Below are positions 1 to 9,726 of a DNA stretch of 64,000 bases, one piece after another (position 1 is the first letter of the stretch; every line of letters begins with the position of its first letter). The notes beneath the pieces were generated by a model that did not search any database, was not told the origin of the DNA, and was given only the letters and a program-made list of their open reading frames with translations. Source of the DNA: an uncultured cyanobacterium (lineage in GTDB: Bacteria; Cyanobacteriota; Cyanobacteriia; Cyanobacteriales; Nostocaceae); assembly GCA_963740315.1 (NCBI GenBank), contig CAVUDP010000002.1, positions 3,168,001 through 3,232,000 of the forward strand, in the 5' to 3' direction. Made by a program: the position numbers and the translations under genes.

Positions 1-1275
1 ACTGTAGGCGGCTTTTTTGTTCAAACTAGTGGATGCAGCAACAGTCATGACATCCGGATGCACCGCAAAACCATTGAGCCATCGCGTCTTACCCGTAACA
101 ATATTTTTCACCCAACCGCGTTCGTGTACGGTACCGTTAATCGGACGGTTAGCGTTTCCGGCAGCAAATAAAATCACGCAACCCTTACCGTTACGTCCTT
201 TGGTGGCAGCGCGAGTAATAGCAGCACGCTGACGCAAGGAAAGAGGGAAATACACCGCCGATGCTCCCCAGCTGCAAGAAATTACACTAGCTCCTTTTTC
301 AATCGCCCAATCAAAAATAGCTTCAATAGATTCATCATCTAAAAATCCACTAGTACGAATAGGCATAAACGCACAACCCGGAGCAATTCCGGCAATTCCC
401 GTACCATTTTCTTCGGCGATCGCGATTCCAGCACAAGCAGTACCGTGACTGGGATGTTTTTGCGTAGGTATTGGTAAAAAATCTTTATCTTTTAAATCTA
501 ACGGAGCGACTATTTTTCCACTACCCATAAAATCGGGATGATTGAGATCGTAATATTCATCAACCACCGCTACGATAACCGAACGAACTCCCCGCGTGAT
601 GTCCCAAGCTTTTTCGATTGAAATATGAGATCCATGTACCAATTGATTCCCACCATTATGGTCTAGATACCATTGTTGAAAATAAAGAGGATCGCGAGGT
701 TTGTAGTGGGGTTCTTGATGGATAATAATATTAGGTTCGCTAGCTAAAACTTCGGGTAATCTTTGTAACCTATTAGCAATTTTGATCGGATTTTGTGTAG
801 CTTGTTCGCCAACAAAAAATACAAAAGTATTAGGAAGACCATCAACAGCTTTATAAAGAACCAAACCAAACTTTGCTGCGATCGCATTAATTCTGGCAGA
901 ATCGACGATCGCAGCAAATTCAATAGTAATTTGGTCGCCTAAATAAACAGATGTCACCGGATTACCTTTTATTTGGTAAACATGACTGGCAAAAGCAACA
1001 TTTGTCGAACTCCGCGCTTGAGACATCGCCATCTCTAACTTACTGGGCGCAACCTTAAACAATTCCAAACGAGAAGTAGGAATAGTACCGCGCCAACTAC
1101 CTAAAAAATTCTGAGCTAATTCTTTGGTAGTAATATCAGCATTGCTGCGAACGGTAAAACGGTCTGAAACCTTTTCTAATGCTAATTCTTCACCACCACG
1201 TTGTATAATCATTCCTAAACTGCTATTTGGCATTCCAGACGAAGAATTGAGGGGTGAATTTGCGCTCGTATTCAT
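1..1275 (-). CDS. Subtilisin-like S8 serine peptidase (3' part runs off the window)
   Basis: Not in the ORF track. Read by hand from ATG at 1275: MNTSANSP...QRGGEELALEK...VAVVDEYYDLNHPDF (catalytic Asp region)...SHGTACAGIA (catalytic His)...HPDVMTVAASTSLNKKAAYS, open to position 1. Confidence 0.9.
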   Translation of the reverse strand, partial: MNTSANSPLNSSSGMPNSSLGMIIQRGGEELALEKVSDRFTVRSNADITTKELAQNFLGSWRGTIPTSRLELFKVAPSKLEMAMSQARSSTNVAFASHVYQIKGNPVTSVYLGDQITIEFAAIVDSARINAIAAKFGLVLYKAVDGLPNTFVFFVGEQATQNPIKIANRLQRLPEVLASEPNIIIHQEPHYKPRDPLYFQQWYLDHNGGNQLVHGSHISIEKAWDITRGVRSVIVAVVDEYYDLNHPDFMGSGKIVAPLDLKDKDFLPIPTQKHPSHGTACAGIAIAEENGTGIAGIAPGCAFMPIRTSGFLDDESIEAIFDWAIEKGASVISCSWGASAVYFPLSLRQRAAITRAATKGRNGKGCVILFAAGNANRPINGTVHERGWVKNIVTGKTRWLNGFAVHPDVMTVAASTSLNKKAAYS

Positions 1276-1424
1276 AACAGCTATATTTCGTGACGTAATA
1301 GTTGTGGGAACTCAATTGAGAAGATTTTCAGTCTAAATCAGAGATACGAGTGTATGTGGCTTTGCTTTGTTTCATAGCAAAACAGAGTTAAGATACCCGA
1401 AGTTTATGTCCCTGTTCTGTTTAA

Positions 1425-2036
1425 TTGTCCCAAGTATTTATCCCCATGAAATTTGCCGCAACCGTTCCCCATATTTCCCTTAGTTTGCTATCGGTAATAA
1501 CAAGTTTTAGCTTGCTATCACCCGCTGATGCTCAGGTTAAACTACCTAGCGGTAGCACGCAAGTACAGCCCATAGATCCAAACGATCCAAATAATCTTCA
1601 GCCAACCGGACAAACAACAAGTGTTTTGAGCGAGGAAGGTGGAAAGCGTTTGATGTCAGAGGCTGGTAATGCAGTTTCTTCCCAAAACTACGCTTTAGCT
1701 GCGGATAAACTCAAGGAAGCACGTTTAGTTTTCAATCAGCTATCAAATTTCTACCAGCAATTAAATTCTAGTTTTGCCGGAATTGACAACCGGATAGCCG
1801 ATTCGCAGCGCAAAAAAGCTTTATCTACTGCTCAAATGCGGGATGAAGCCACATATCAGCTAGCATTAGTACATAGAGCGCAAAACAAGCCAGAATTAGC
1901 CGTACCTTTATTGGTGCAAATTATCAAAAGTCAAAATCCCACCAGAGACTTAGGCAAAAAAGCTTATCAACAATTATTTGAATTAGGCTTTGTTGATTCT
2001 CCTCCTAGTGGCGGTAACGCTTCCTCTCGCAAATAA
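1425..2036 (+). CDS. Exported TPR-like hypothetical protein (start may be ATG at 1446)
   Basis: Signal peptide ending ADAQ, followed by helical TPR-like segments. Confidence 0.7.
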   Translation: MSQVFIPMKFAATVPHISLSLLSVITSFSLLSPADAQVKLPSGSTQVQPIDPNDPNNLQPTGQTTSVLSEEGGKRLMSEAGNAVSSQNYALAADKLKEARLVFNQLSNFYQQLNSSFAGIDNRIADSQRKKALSTAQMRDEATYQLALVHRAQNKPELAVPLLVQIIKSQNPTRDLGKKAYQQLFELGFVDSPPSGGNASSRK

Positions 2037-2070
2037 TTTTTTTATACCAACTATAAAATTCTTAAATACA

Positions 2071-2099
2071 CCACCGCTAAACTTTTGGCGGTGGCTTTT
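2071..2099 (+). terminator. Rho-independent terminator candidate
   Basis: CCACCGC...GCGGTGG stem followed by CTTTT, just after the 1425-2036 CDS. Confidence 0.55.
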
Positions 2100-2268
2100 G
2101 AGTTTCTAATGGTAGGATGAAATTACCTGTAATTCTTCAAGCAAACTAAATTCATTGGTAACTGCTAACTGCTAACTGATAACTGGTCACTGATAAGCGA
2201 TCGCTGCTGTCTAAAATTTGTACATAATATATAAAGTGTAGACAATCAATTAATTTTAGGGATTTTAG

Positions 2269-2526
2269 ATGATAAGTCCGCAGCAAGTAAAGGAAATGAT
2301 CGTGGCGGAAATGCCAGATGCTCAAGTTGAAGTACAAGATTTAACTGGCGGTGGCGACCATTATCAAGTAAGTGTGGTTTCATCGCAGTTTGCAGGCAAG
2401 GGATTAGTAAAGCAACATCAGTTAGTGTACGGTGCGTTGAAACAAGCTATGTCTACCGAAGCTATTCACGCCTTAGCACTCAAAACATACACTCCCGAAG
2501 CTTGGCAAGCAACAGTCGCTTCATAA
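2269..2526 (+). CDS. bolA: BolA family protein
   Basis: GGGDHY, QHQLVY and IHALALKT motifs; adjacent to a monothiol glutaredoxin. Confidence 0.93.
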   Translation: MISPQQVKEMIVAEMPDAQVEVQDLTGGGDHYQVSVVSSQFAGKGLVKQHQLVYGALKQAMSTEAIHALALKTYTPEAWQATVAS

Positions 2527-2641
2527 TTTAAGCTATAAGTATAAGTTATGAGTTACAAATGCCCAGTTGAGGTAATGACTCTTAGCTTAATAGTTGAAAT
2601 GCTAGTCTTCGTAATCAAAACACCATAAAAAGGTAAACATC

Positions 2642-2965
2642 ATGACACCCGAAGTTAAAGAAAGAATTGATAATTTAGTACAGCAAAACAAAATCATGGT
2701 TTTCATGAAGGGAAGCAAATTAATGCCAATGTGCGGCTTCTCTAACAATGTTGTTCAAATTATTAACACCTTGGCAGTTCCCTACGAGACTTGTGACATC
2801 CTCGAAGATGCAGAAATACGTCAAGGCATCAAAGAATATTCCAACTGGCCTACAATTCCCCAAGTGTACGTGAATGGTGAATTTGTTGGTGGAAGTGATA
2901 TTTTGATTGAACTTTACCAAAAAGGTGAATTACAGCAAATGGTTGAAGTCGCAATGGCTTCTTGA
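2642..2965 (+). CDS. grxD: Monothiol glutaredoxin (Grx4 family)
   Basis: CGFS active site, WPTIPQ, GGSD. Confidence 0.95.
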   Translation: MTPEVKERIDNLVQQNKIMVFMKGSKLMPMCGFSNNVVQIINTLAVPYETCDILEDAEIRQGIKEYSNWPTIPQVYVNGEFVGGSDILIELYQKGELQQMVEVAMAS

Positions 2966-3009
2966 TTAAGTTGAATTTTATCTGATAGCTGTCGAAATTC
3001 TTCCATCTA

Positions 3010-3260
3010 GTTCCCAGGCTCGGTTCCTGGGAATTAGCTTTTAGAGGCTCTGCCTGCGATTATTGCAATTGGTGCAAGATGTGAATTCTAATTGGTTCAT
3101 AGTACTCCGCCACATTAATTTTGATGGGTAATAAAGGTTCGTAGTAAGAGTTTTAACTCTTATTCTGACGATTAAAATCCTCGCATGGAAGGGAGTACAG
3201 CCCTTACTACAAACCTGAATACTAGTTGCTCCGCCTCTGGTTAACTTTGGGGGGCGGAGA
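3010..3260. repeat. Composite of small dispersed repeats (MITE-like fragment plus a GTAGTAAG REP doublet)
   Basis: TTCCCAGG..CCTGGGAA and GAGGCTCTGCCT as at 31825-31933; TAGTAC..GCCACATTAATTTT as at 47856; GTAGTAAGAG...CCCTTACTAC doublet. Confidence 0.6.
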
Positions 3261-3479
3261 CTTTTACAATTGCGTTACAAGCGAGAGGTAGATTAAAAAA
3301 CCGAAAAAAACCCTCACCGATTTGGCATAACCAATAAAACGAGTGAGGGGAAAATTTACTTGAATTGCTACAAAACATCTACAAAAAATCAGACCATTGC
3401 TACAGTTGATATTCGCAAATAGTATGCTATAATCATCTGCGTTGAGCAGTGATTGCTATTAACTGACTGTGCGAGTAAG

Positions 3480-3728
3480 TTAATAGTAATCTGGTTCTGG
3501 TTGTGGTTGAACAACTGCAAAATTAGATGCATCGAATAAGAAGCGAGCAGCTTCCTCTTCTAAGCGATGAATGAAGTAAGGTTCAAGTTCGTTACCGTTT
3601 CGTAGTGCGGCTAAATAGCCGTCAAGGTACATCCGCATATCATCTGTACGATAACCGCGATTCCAGAGTTCGACGAAGGCATCGGTTAGTTTTTGATAGT
3701 AGCGGATTGTTCGTGCGTCTTGAAGCAT
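3480..3728 (-). CDS. Conserved small cyanobacterial protein (DUF6761-like)
   Basis: MLQDARTIRYYQKLTDA...YLDGYLAAL; divergent from nrrA. Confidence 0.75.
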   Translation of the reverse strand: MLQDARTIRYYQKLTDAFVELWNRGYRTDDMRMYLDGYLAALRNGNELEPYFIHRLEEEAARFLFDASNFAVVQPQPEPDYY

Positions 3729-4220
3729 AGGATAAGTAAAAAGTGTCAGAAGGTTGGAATGAGAATTGTAAATGATTCAAGCCTAAATGTGAAGTATTAC
3801 TTCAGCATTACTGTAAGTACTACAATTTAATAAAATTTGCTTGTGAAAAATTTGTTATTGCTACAGCCTCTACATAGATCCTATTACTTTATACGCTAAA
3901 TGTGATGAGTAAATAAGCGATTGTTATATATTTTCGTCATTATTTATTAATTCTATAAATGGACGCTGAGATTAAATCAAAAGGGATATGTGCCTTGTTT
4001 ACATCTAGACAGCGGCTGGGGATCGTGGTAAACAAGTAGCTTGTTGGTTTTAGTTTTGAATGGAATTTACACTAATTACAAAACAAAGCTAACAATAAAT
4101 GTGTTTAACAAGTATAACAAAAAATAGAAAAATGTTACCAACTATATTGTAGGTGGGGTAATAGGCAAATAAACCGTTTAACTAAAAAAACGAATAAATG
4201 TCAAGCAAATGCGAATTGAA

Positions 4221-4263
4221 GTAACAACGGTTACAAAACCAAAGCTATAGGCTTTGTTACCTT
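4221..4263 (+). promoter_or_regulatory. NtcA-activated promoter of nrrA
   Basis: GTAacaacggtTAC (GTA-N8-TAC) at 4221-4234; TAcctT -10-like hexamer at 4258-4263, 23 nt downstream; nrrA is a known NtcA target. Confidence 0.75.
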
Positions 4264-4296
4264 GAAAGTCATGCTCGAATGAGGGGTTTTGCCACC

Positions 4297-5088
4297 GTGG
4301 GTTCGGTTTGTATAGAAATTATTGAGGGGAATCCCCATTTAAGGTCGCTGCTAGGTTGGCACTTGCAACAACTGGACTATAGAGTATTTCAGGCAGCTAG
4401 CATTTATCAAGCAAGGGAAGCCTTCTTGACTCATCAACCAACATTAGTTGTTCTTGATGCTGACTTGCCTGATGGCGATGGAATCGAATTTTGCCGTTGG
4501 TTACATCGCCAGCAACAGCCTTTGCTTTTAATGCTCTCTGCGCGAAATAGTGAAGCTGATATAGTTACGGGTTTGAAGGCAGGTGCTGACGATTATTTGA
4601 GTAAACCTTTTGGGATGCAAGAGTTTTTAGCGCGGGTGGAATCACTTGTTCGTCGCAAGCGTACTCCTATAGCGCCAGCTTATCTAGATTACGGTGCTTT
4701 ACAAATCGACTTAATACAGCGCCGCGTCCGATTTAAAGGTGAATTTATTGATTTAACACCCCAAGAATTTAGTTTGCTTTATGTTTTAGCCCAAGCTGCT
4801 GGAATACCTCTTTCTCGCTCGGAATTACTGCGTCGCGCTTGGCCCGATGCAATAGATAATCCGCGCACGATTGATACACATGTATTATCACTGCGGAAAA
4901 AAGTTGAATTAGATCCACGCCAACCAAGTCTAATTCAAACCATTCGCAACGTAGGATACCGATTTAATGTCGAAATCCTAAATACAAATGTTTCTCAAAA
5001 TGCTCCCTCAGCAGTAAAAATAGCCAAGCATCAGCATCAACCTCAAAATCAATTTACACAACATTCTACGATTGCTTCCGGGCGATGA
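4297..5088 (+). CDS. nrrA: OmpR-family nitrogen response regulator NrrA
   Basis: GTG start, (M)GSVCIEIIEGNPHLRSLLGWHL N-terminus typical of NrrA; REC plus winged-helix domains; NtcA box upstream. Confidence 0.88.
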   Translation: MGSVCIEIIEGNPHLRSLLGWHLQQLDYRVFQAASIYQAREAFLTHQPTLVVLDADLPDGDGIEFCRWLHRQQQPLLLMLSARNSEADIVTGLKAGADDYLSKPFGMQEFLARVESLVRRKRTPIAPAYLDYGALQIDLIQRRVRFKGEFIDLTPQEFSLLYVLAQAAGIPLSRSELLRRAWPDAIDNPRTIDTHVLSLRKKVELDPRQPSLIQTIRNVGYRFNVEILNTNVSQNAPSAVKIAKHQHQPQNQFTQHSTIASGR

Positions 5089-5330
5089 GGGGATGGGGGG
5101 ATAGGGTGATGGGGAGACGGGGAGATGGTAAGCCACTCTCGTGCGGAGGAACACGACCGTTGAGAGAAGTGGCGCAACCCGTTACTCTAACGAGTCGTGC
5201 CGCGAGTAAGGCTTGCGTCGCCTGAAAGGCGATACACGCGGAGCCTGCGGCTCAGGGGGAGACAAGGGAGAGAATTATTAACTCAATACTCAATACTCAA
5301 TACTCTTAACTATTCTCAATGCCCATTCAA

Positions 5331-6113
5331 CTAAAATTCAAAATCATCGTCGGTTTCTGCTTGTTGCAAGTTTTCTTGCAGATCGTTCCAGTTGATTTGA
5401 GAAGCTGGTTGATTTGTTGTTAAACGCCCTTGTTGCAAGTAGAAAAGCCGGGTGCAAAACATTTGGGCTATATCTAACTGGTGATTTACCATCAAAATTG
5501 TAGTTTGATCTTTTTGGTATAGCCGATCTAAAACTTCTATAACGAGGTTCGCTTTAGCTAAATCTAAGTTGGAGGTTGGTTCGTCTAATAATAAAATTTT
5601 TGGCTGGATAATTAAACCCCTCGCCAGGTTTACCAGTTTTCGCTCTCCGGTAGAAAGTTGCGTTTCTGTTCTTCCTAACCAGTCGTCTGGAATATGTAGC
5701 TGTTCGATCCAGTAGCTTAAGCGTTGCTGAATTTGAGGCTTGGGTAGATTTCGCAATATTAGCGGATAAACTAAAGCCTCTCTTACACTCATCCCTAATA
5801 GCTTTGGCTCTTGTGCTACTAGTATTACAGATTGACGTAATTCTCTGGGGGCAATTTGCCGATATTCCCGATTTTCAAAATAAATTTTACCATTTGTCGG
5901 TTCGCATAATCGATTTAAAAGGCGTAATAAGTAAGATTTACCCGCGCCAGTTGGTCCTACAATGGCAATGCGATCGCCTTCATAAACCTCGAAGGAAATA
6001 TCCTGCAATATAGAGTATTCGGGTAATTTCTGCTTGGTTTGAGCGGTCAGTTTTTCTGTATAGCTGACTTGCTCTAATCGTAGTTGGTAGTGGTGCTTTG
6101 TCTCCAAATTCAA
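5331..6113 (-). CDS. ABC transporter ATP-binding protein
   Basis: Walker A GPTGAGKS, LSTGE signature, LLLDEPT, H-loop. Confidence 0.9.
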   Translation of the reverse strand: MNLETKHHYQLRLEQVSYTEKLTAQTKQKLPEYSILQDISFEVYEGDRIAIVGPTGAGKSYLLRLLNRLCEPTNGKIYFENREYRQIAPRELRQSVILVAQEPKLLGMSVREALVYPLILRNLPKPQIQQRLSYWIEQLHIPDDWLGRTETQLSTGERKLVNLARGLIIQPKILLLDEPTSNLDLAKANLVIEVLDRLYQKDQTTILMVNHQLDIAQMFCTRLFYLQQGRLTTNQPASQINWNDLQENLQQAETDDDFEF

Positions 6114-6187
6114 ACCTGTTAATTAATATGCAGTTGAGTTACTTTAAAATACTATTTTGAACCAAAATGTAACTCGCTATTTTAATC

Positions 6188-6979
6188 GTGAACGATTCAA
6201 CTATATCTTGTCTGCCCCAGATGATGGATATCTGGAAAGAAACTCTTAATTGGAAACCATCTCCTCAACTACAAGCACAGTTTCAACGTCTCTATGAGTT
6301 AATTCTCGAAGGAAACTCTCAGCTAAATTTAACCCGGATTACAAACCCTGAAGAATTTTGGGAAAAACATTTATGGGATTCTTTGCGGGGAATTAAATTT
6401 TTGATTTCAGCGAAGAGAGAGGGGGAAGACGGGGTAGAGGGGGAAGAGAGGGAAGAGGGGGAAGATAATAAAAAAATTAGAATTATTGATTTAGGTACGG
6501 GTGCGGGTTTTCCGGGTATTCCGGTAGCTATGAGCGTTTCCAAGTGTACTGTAAATCTGGTTGATTCTACTAGAAAAAAAATTAATTTTATAGATAATAT
6601 TGTACCCAAACTTAATTTAAATAACCTTAAAGCAACTACTTGCAGGGCGGAAGAAATTGGTAGAGATAGCAAACATAGAGAAACATACGATATAGCCTTG
6701 ATTCGTGCTGTAGCTTCAGCTTCGGCTTGTGCGGAATATACTTTACCATTGTTAAAACAAGGAGGATTAGCCGTAGTTTACCGGGGTAGCTGGACTCAAG
6801 AAGAAGCTATCAACATGGAAAACGCCGTCCAACAATTGGGTGGAGTCATAGAATCAATCCAACAATTTAATACACCCTTGAGTAACAGCGATCGCCATTG
6901 TTTGTATTTGCGAAAAGTAGCAAGTACATCAGCGAAGTTTCCTCGTGCGGTAGGCGTACCAAATCAACGTCCCCTTTAA
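6188..6979 (+). CDS. rsmG: 16S rRNA m7G527 methyltransferase RsmG
   Basis: NLTRI, KHLWDSL, DLGTGAGFPG, RAEE. Confidence 0.95.
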   Translation: MNDSTISCLPQMMDIWKETLNWKPSPQLQAQFQRLYELILEGNSQLNLTRITNPEEFWEKHLWDSLRGIKFLISAKREGEDGVEGEEREEGEDNKKIRIIDLGTGAGFPGIPVAMSVSKCTVNLVDSTRKKINFIDNIVPKLNLNNLKATTCRAEEIGRDSKHRETYDIALIRAVASASACAEYTLPLLKQGGLAVVYRGSWTQEEAINMENAVQQLGGVIESIQQFNTPLSNSDRHCLYLRKVASTSAKFPRAVGVPNQRPL

Positions 6980-6994
6980 AAGGAGTTAGGAGTT

Positions 6995-7023
6995 GTAGAG
7001 ACGTAGCATGCGGAAATCTGTAC
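6995..7023 (+). repeat. GTAG-REP family A, degenerate copy
   Basis: GTAGAGACGTAGCATG... matches copies at 9315, 18922, 44973, 59799. Confidence 0.6.
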
Positions 7024-7096
7024 GGGAGTTAAGAATTAAAATTCTCAAATATATCTCCTATCCCGGATTTAATTGATAATTGATAATTGATAACTG

Positions 7097-8320
7097 ATGA
7101 ATATTGATTTATATAAATTTTGGGAATTACCAATTGCTTTTTTATTGGTTGCATTTCTTTGTTTGTTAATTTGGAAAAAATCTGCAATATATGGCATTAT
7201 CGATATTTTTAACCTTCTTTGGGAGGGTAAAGAATGGTCGTCAGGATTGAAAACACCAGAAGATTTTTTAGAATATATTTTGATGCATCAAGAAGATGTT
7301 TCTCTTGTTGCTTATGAAGTTGGTAATTACGATAAAGGAGTTTTTTTAAATGCGGATAGAAAACGCCCCCTAGCTTCAACTATAAAAATTTTGATATTAA
7401 TAGAATATGCTCATCAGGTAGATCGAGGAATACTTTCACCTGAAGATTTAGTTAATTTAGCAGATATTGATATTTATTATTTACCTAATACTGATGGCAA
7501 CGCTCATCCAAATGCTTTAAAAGAATTTCAAACTAAAGGATATATCACTGCCGATCAAAAAATAAAATTGCAGCACGTTGCTACTGCAATGATTCGTTAC
7601 AGCGATAATGCGGCAAGTGATTACTTGATACAGCGATTGGGACGAGATAATCTTAATAATTTACCTGAAATATTACAAATAGAAAATCAAGATGTACCGT
7701 TACCTTTTATCGGTCAGTTTTTAAGTTGGGGAAATACCGATCGCGGTAAAAATACTATCGAAAGGTTGCAAAGATATCAAGAAATGCAACCGGCTGATTA
7801 TGCTGATGAAGTTTATCAATTAACAATAAAATGGCGTGATAACCAAGAGTTCAGAAGAAATACAATTAAGCAAATAAAATCAACTAAATGGTTGAGTTTT
7901 AAAGAACAACAAGCAATGGCTCAAGCTTTAAATTGTGGTGGAACTGCGTCTTGTTATGCCTTGTTAATGGAGAAAATATATAATAGTGCAATACTATCTC
8001 AATCAACCGTCCAAATTGTACGCAAATATTTAGAATGGACGATGGAGTTGGCAGGTAATCAACAAGAAATAGAAGTTTTTGGAACTAAAGGTGGGAGTTT
8101 ACCGGGTATCGTAACTGAAGCTAGCTATTTAAAACCCAAAAAAGCAAAAAATGCCCGAGTCTTTGCTTTACTAATCGAAAATATTCCTGGTGCTGTATGG
8201 TTAGAAATTATGCAAAACTATATTCAACAAGATTTTGAATATCAGCTTTTAGGTGATGAAAGGTTTTTTAATTTAGTTCGTCAGAGATTATCTACTACAA
8301 GTAAATCAATCAAAGTCTAA
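7097..8320 (+). CDS. Membrane-anchored serine hydrolase, class A beta-lactamase/PBP-like
   Basis: SxxK (ASTIK), SDN and KGG motifs; N-terminal TM helix. Confidence 0.85.
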   Translation: MNIDLYKFWELPIAFLLVAFLCLLIWKKSAIYGIIDIFNLLWEGKEWSSGLKTPEDFLEYILMHQEDVSLVAYEVGNYDKGVFLNADRKRPLASTIKILILIEYAHQVDRGILSPEDLVNLADIDIYYLPNTDGNAHPNALKEFQTKGYITADQKIKLQHVATAMIRYSDNAASDYLIQRLGRDNLNNLPEILQIENQDVPLPFIGQFLSWGNTDRGKNTIERLQRYQEMQPADYADEVYQLTIKWRDNQEFRRNTIKQIKSTKWLSFKEQQAMAQALNCGGTASCYALLMEKIYNSAILSQSTVQIVRKYLEWTMELAGNQQEIEVFGTKGGSLPGIVTEASYLKPKKAKNARVFALLIENIPGAVWLEIMQNYIQQDFEYQLLGDERFFNLVRQRLSTTSKSIKV

Positions 8321-8740
8321 AATAAGGTATAAATACTTGAGATCAATCTAAGTTTCTAGTACTTTATCCTTTCGTATTTACAATTAAAAAAAATTAAAAT
8401 TCATACAAAGACATTAAAATTTACAATTTTGTTGAATTGAATAATTTGTTGAGTAACAAAAATGTACCATCCCCTAGAATTGCCCGAAAACCTACATTTA
8501 TAGAGTAAATTCAAGTTTTACAGTTTAGCTTTTTTCAATAAACCCGGTTTTTGAGCTTAGTGCAACATATAAGTCAAGAAAATGATTTGCTCCAACTATA
8601 TTATTTATATATAAAATAAAAATCTGGGAAGTGCGTATATTAAATGACGAGTTTTTCCGAAATATTCTTGAGATAATTAAAGAAAAAGACTATAAAGTTT
8701 TTACGAACAAAGCATAGCTGGGAAGGAATCTTAAAAAGCC

Positions 8741-9277
8741 ATGAGTGAAGCAAGTGAAGTCAAGACAACTGATACAACTAATAAAGGTTCGGGGTTTTCT
8801 AAGTTTAAGAAAATTCTGATTGGTACTGTAATTGCTACAATTGCGGGTGCGGCTCTATACGGTGCTGGTTGGTGGCAAGCACGTTCTCAATTTTCTTCTA
8901 GCGATGAGGTAATTAAGCAAGAGTTACAACAAGCAAAGGAACAGTTAACTACACAGAGAAACCGCACTTATTTGATGGAAGCTCGCGGCGATTTGTATGA
9001 TACTACAGTTAACTTAGACCAGCGTAATTTTGGTATAGCGAATACTCGCTTACAGGAAGCAGCCGCAGCTTTAGGCAAAGTTGAAGATGCAAACGGTAAT
9101 TTGAATATTAATAAAATACAAGAATTACAAAAGGCTGTTGCTAAAAATAATATCAATAATGCGGTTAATTTAGAACAGCAGCGCAATAATGTTTTAAGCT
9201 ACATCAACCTTTTGAATAAATTGATTCCTGCGGAAGAAAACTTAACTATTCCCGCATCTGAATCATCAGCTCAATAG
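8741..9277 (+). CDS. Hypothetical single-TM coiled-coil protein
   Basis: 178-aa ORF with GGAAGGA-like RBS upstream, one TM segment, helical tail. Confidence 0.7.
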   Translation: MSEASEVKTTDTTNKGSGFSKFKKILIGTVIATIAGAALYGAGWWQARSQFSSSDEVIKQELQQAKEQLTTQRNRTYLMEARGDLYDTTVNLDQRNFGIANTRLQEAAAALGKVEDANGNLNINKIQELQKAVAKNNINNAVNLEQQRNNVLSYINLLNKLIPAEENLTIPASESSAQ

Positions 9278-9314
9278 TAATAAAAGTTCAGATTGGGTGA
9301 TACAGATCGATTGT

Positions 9315-9339
9315 GTAGAGACGTTGCATTGCAACGTCT
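9315..9339 (+). repeat. GTAG-REP family A
   Basis: GTAG-AGACGTTGCA-T-TGCAACGTCT perfect hairpin. Confidence 0.75.
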
Positions 9340-9432
9340 TTGTTTCTTTTGGTTTATATAGAAAGTTTTATAAATTGATATTAAATTTTTAAAAATAGAA
9401 TAATAACAATCTCAAAACTGAAGAAAAAGTAA

Positions 9433-9702
9433 ATGGAAAAGCAATCATTAGAATACTATTTGAGCCTTCAATATCCTGTAACAGTTTATCCAGATACAGA
9501 TGGTGGATATGTTGCTGAAATTAAAGACTTACCAGGATGTCTCACTCAAGGTGAAACCCTTGAAGAGACAATAACAAATATTAATGAAGCGCGAGAATTA
9601 TGGCTGGAAACCGTCTATGAAAATGGAGACAAAATACCTTTACCCAGTACGGATAAAATTTCTCCCCCTCTTCCCCCTCTTCCCCCTCACTCAACTAGCT
9701 AA
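9433..9702 (+). CDS. hicB: HicB-family antitoxin (orphan)
   Basis: GGYVAEIKDLPGCLTQGETLEE...EARELWLE...IPLP. Confidence 0.85.
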   Translation: MEKQSLEYYLSLQYPVTVYPDTDGGYVAEIKDLPGCLTQGETLEETITNINEARELWLETVYENGDKIPLPSTDKISPPLPPLPPHSTS

Positions 9703-9726
9703 TCAGAAAGCCGAGAAGAAAGTAAT

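Noticed and set aside
17..1336. Small plus-strand ORFs 17-232 and 1124-1336
   Set aside because: Antisense to the S8 peptidase
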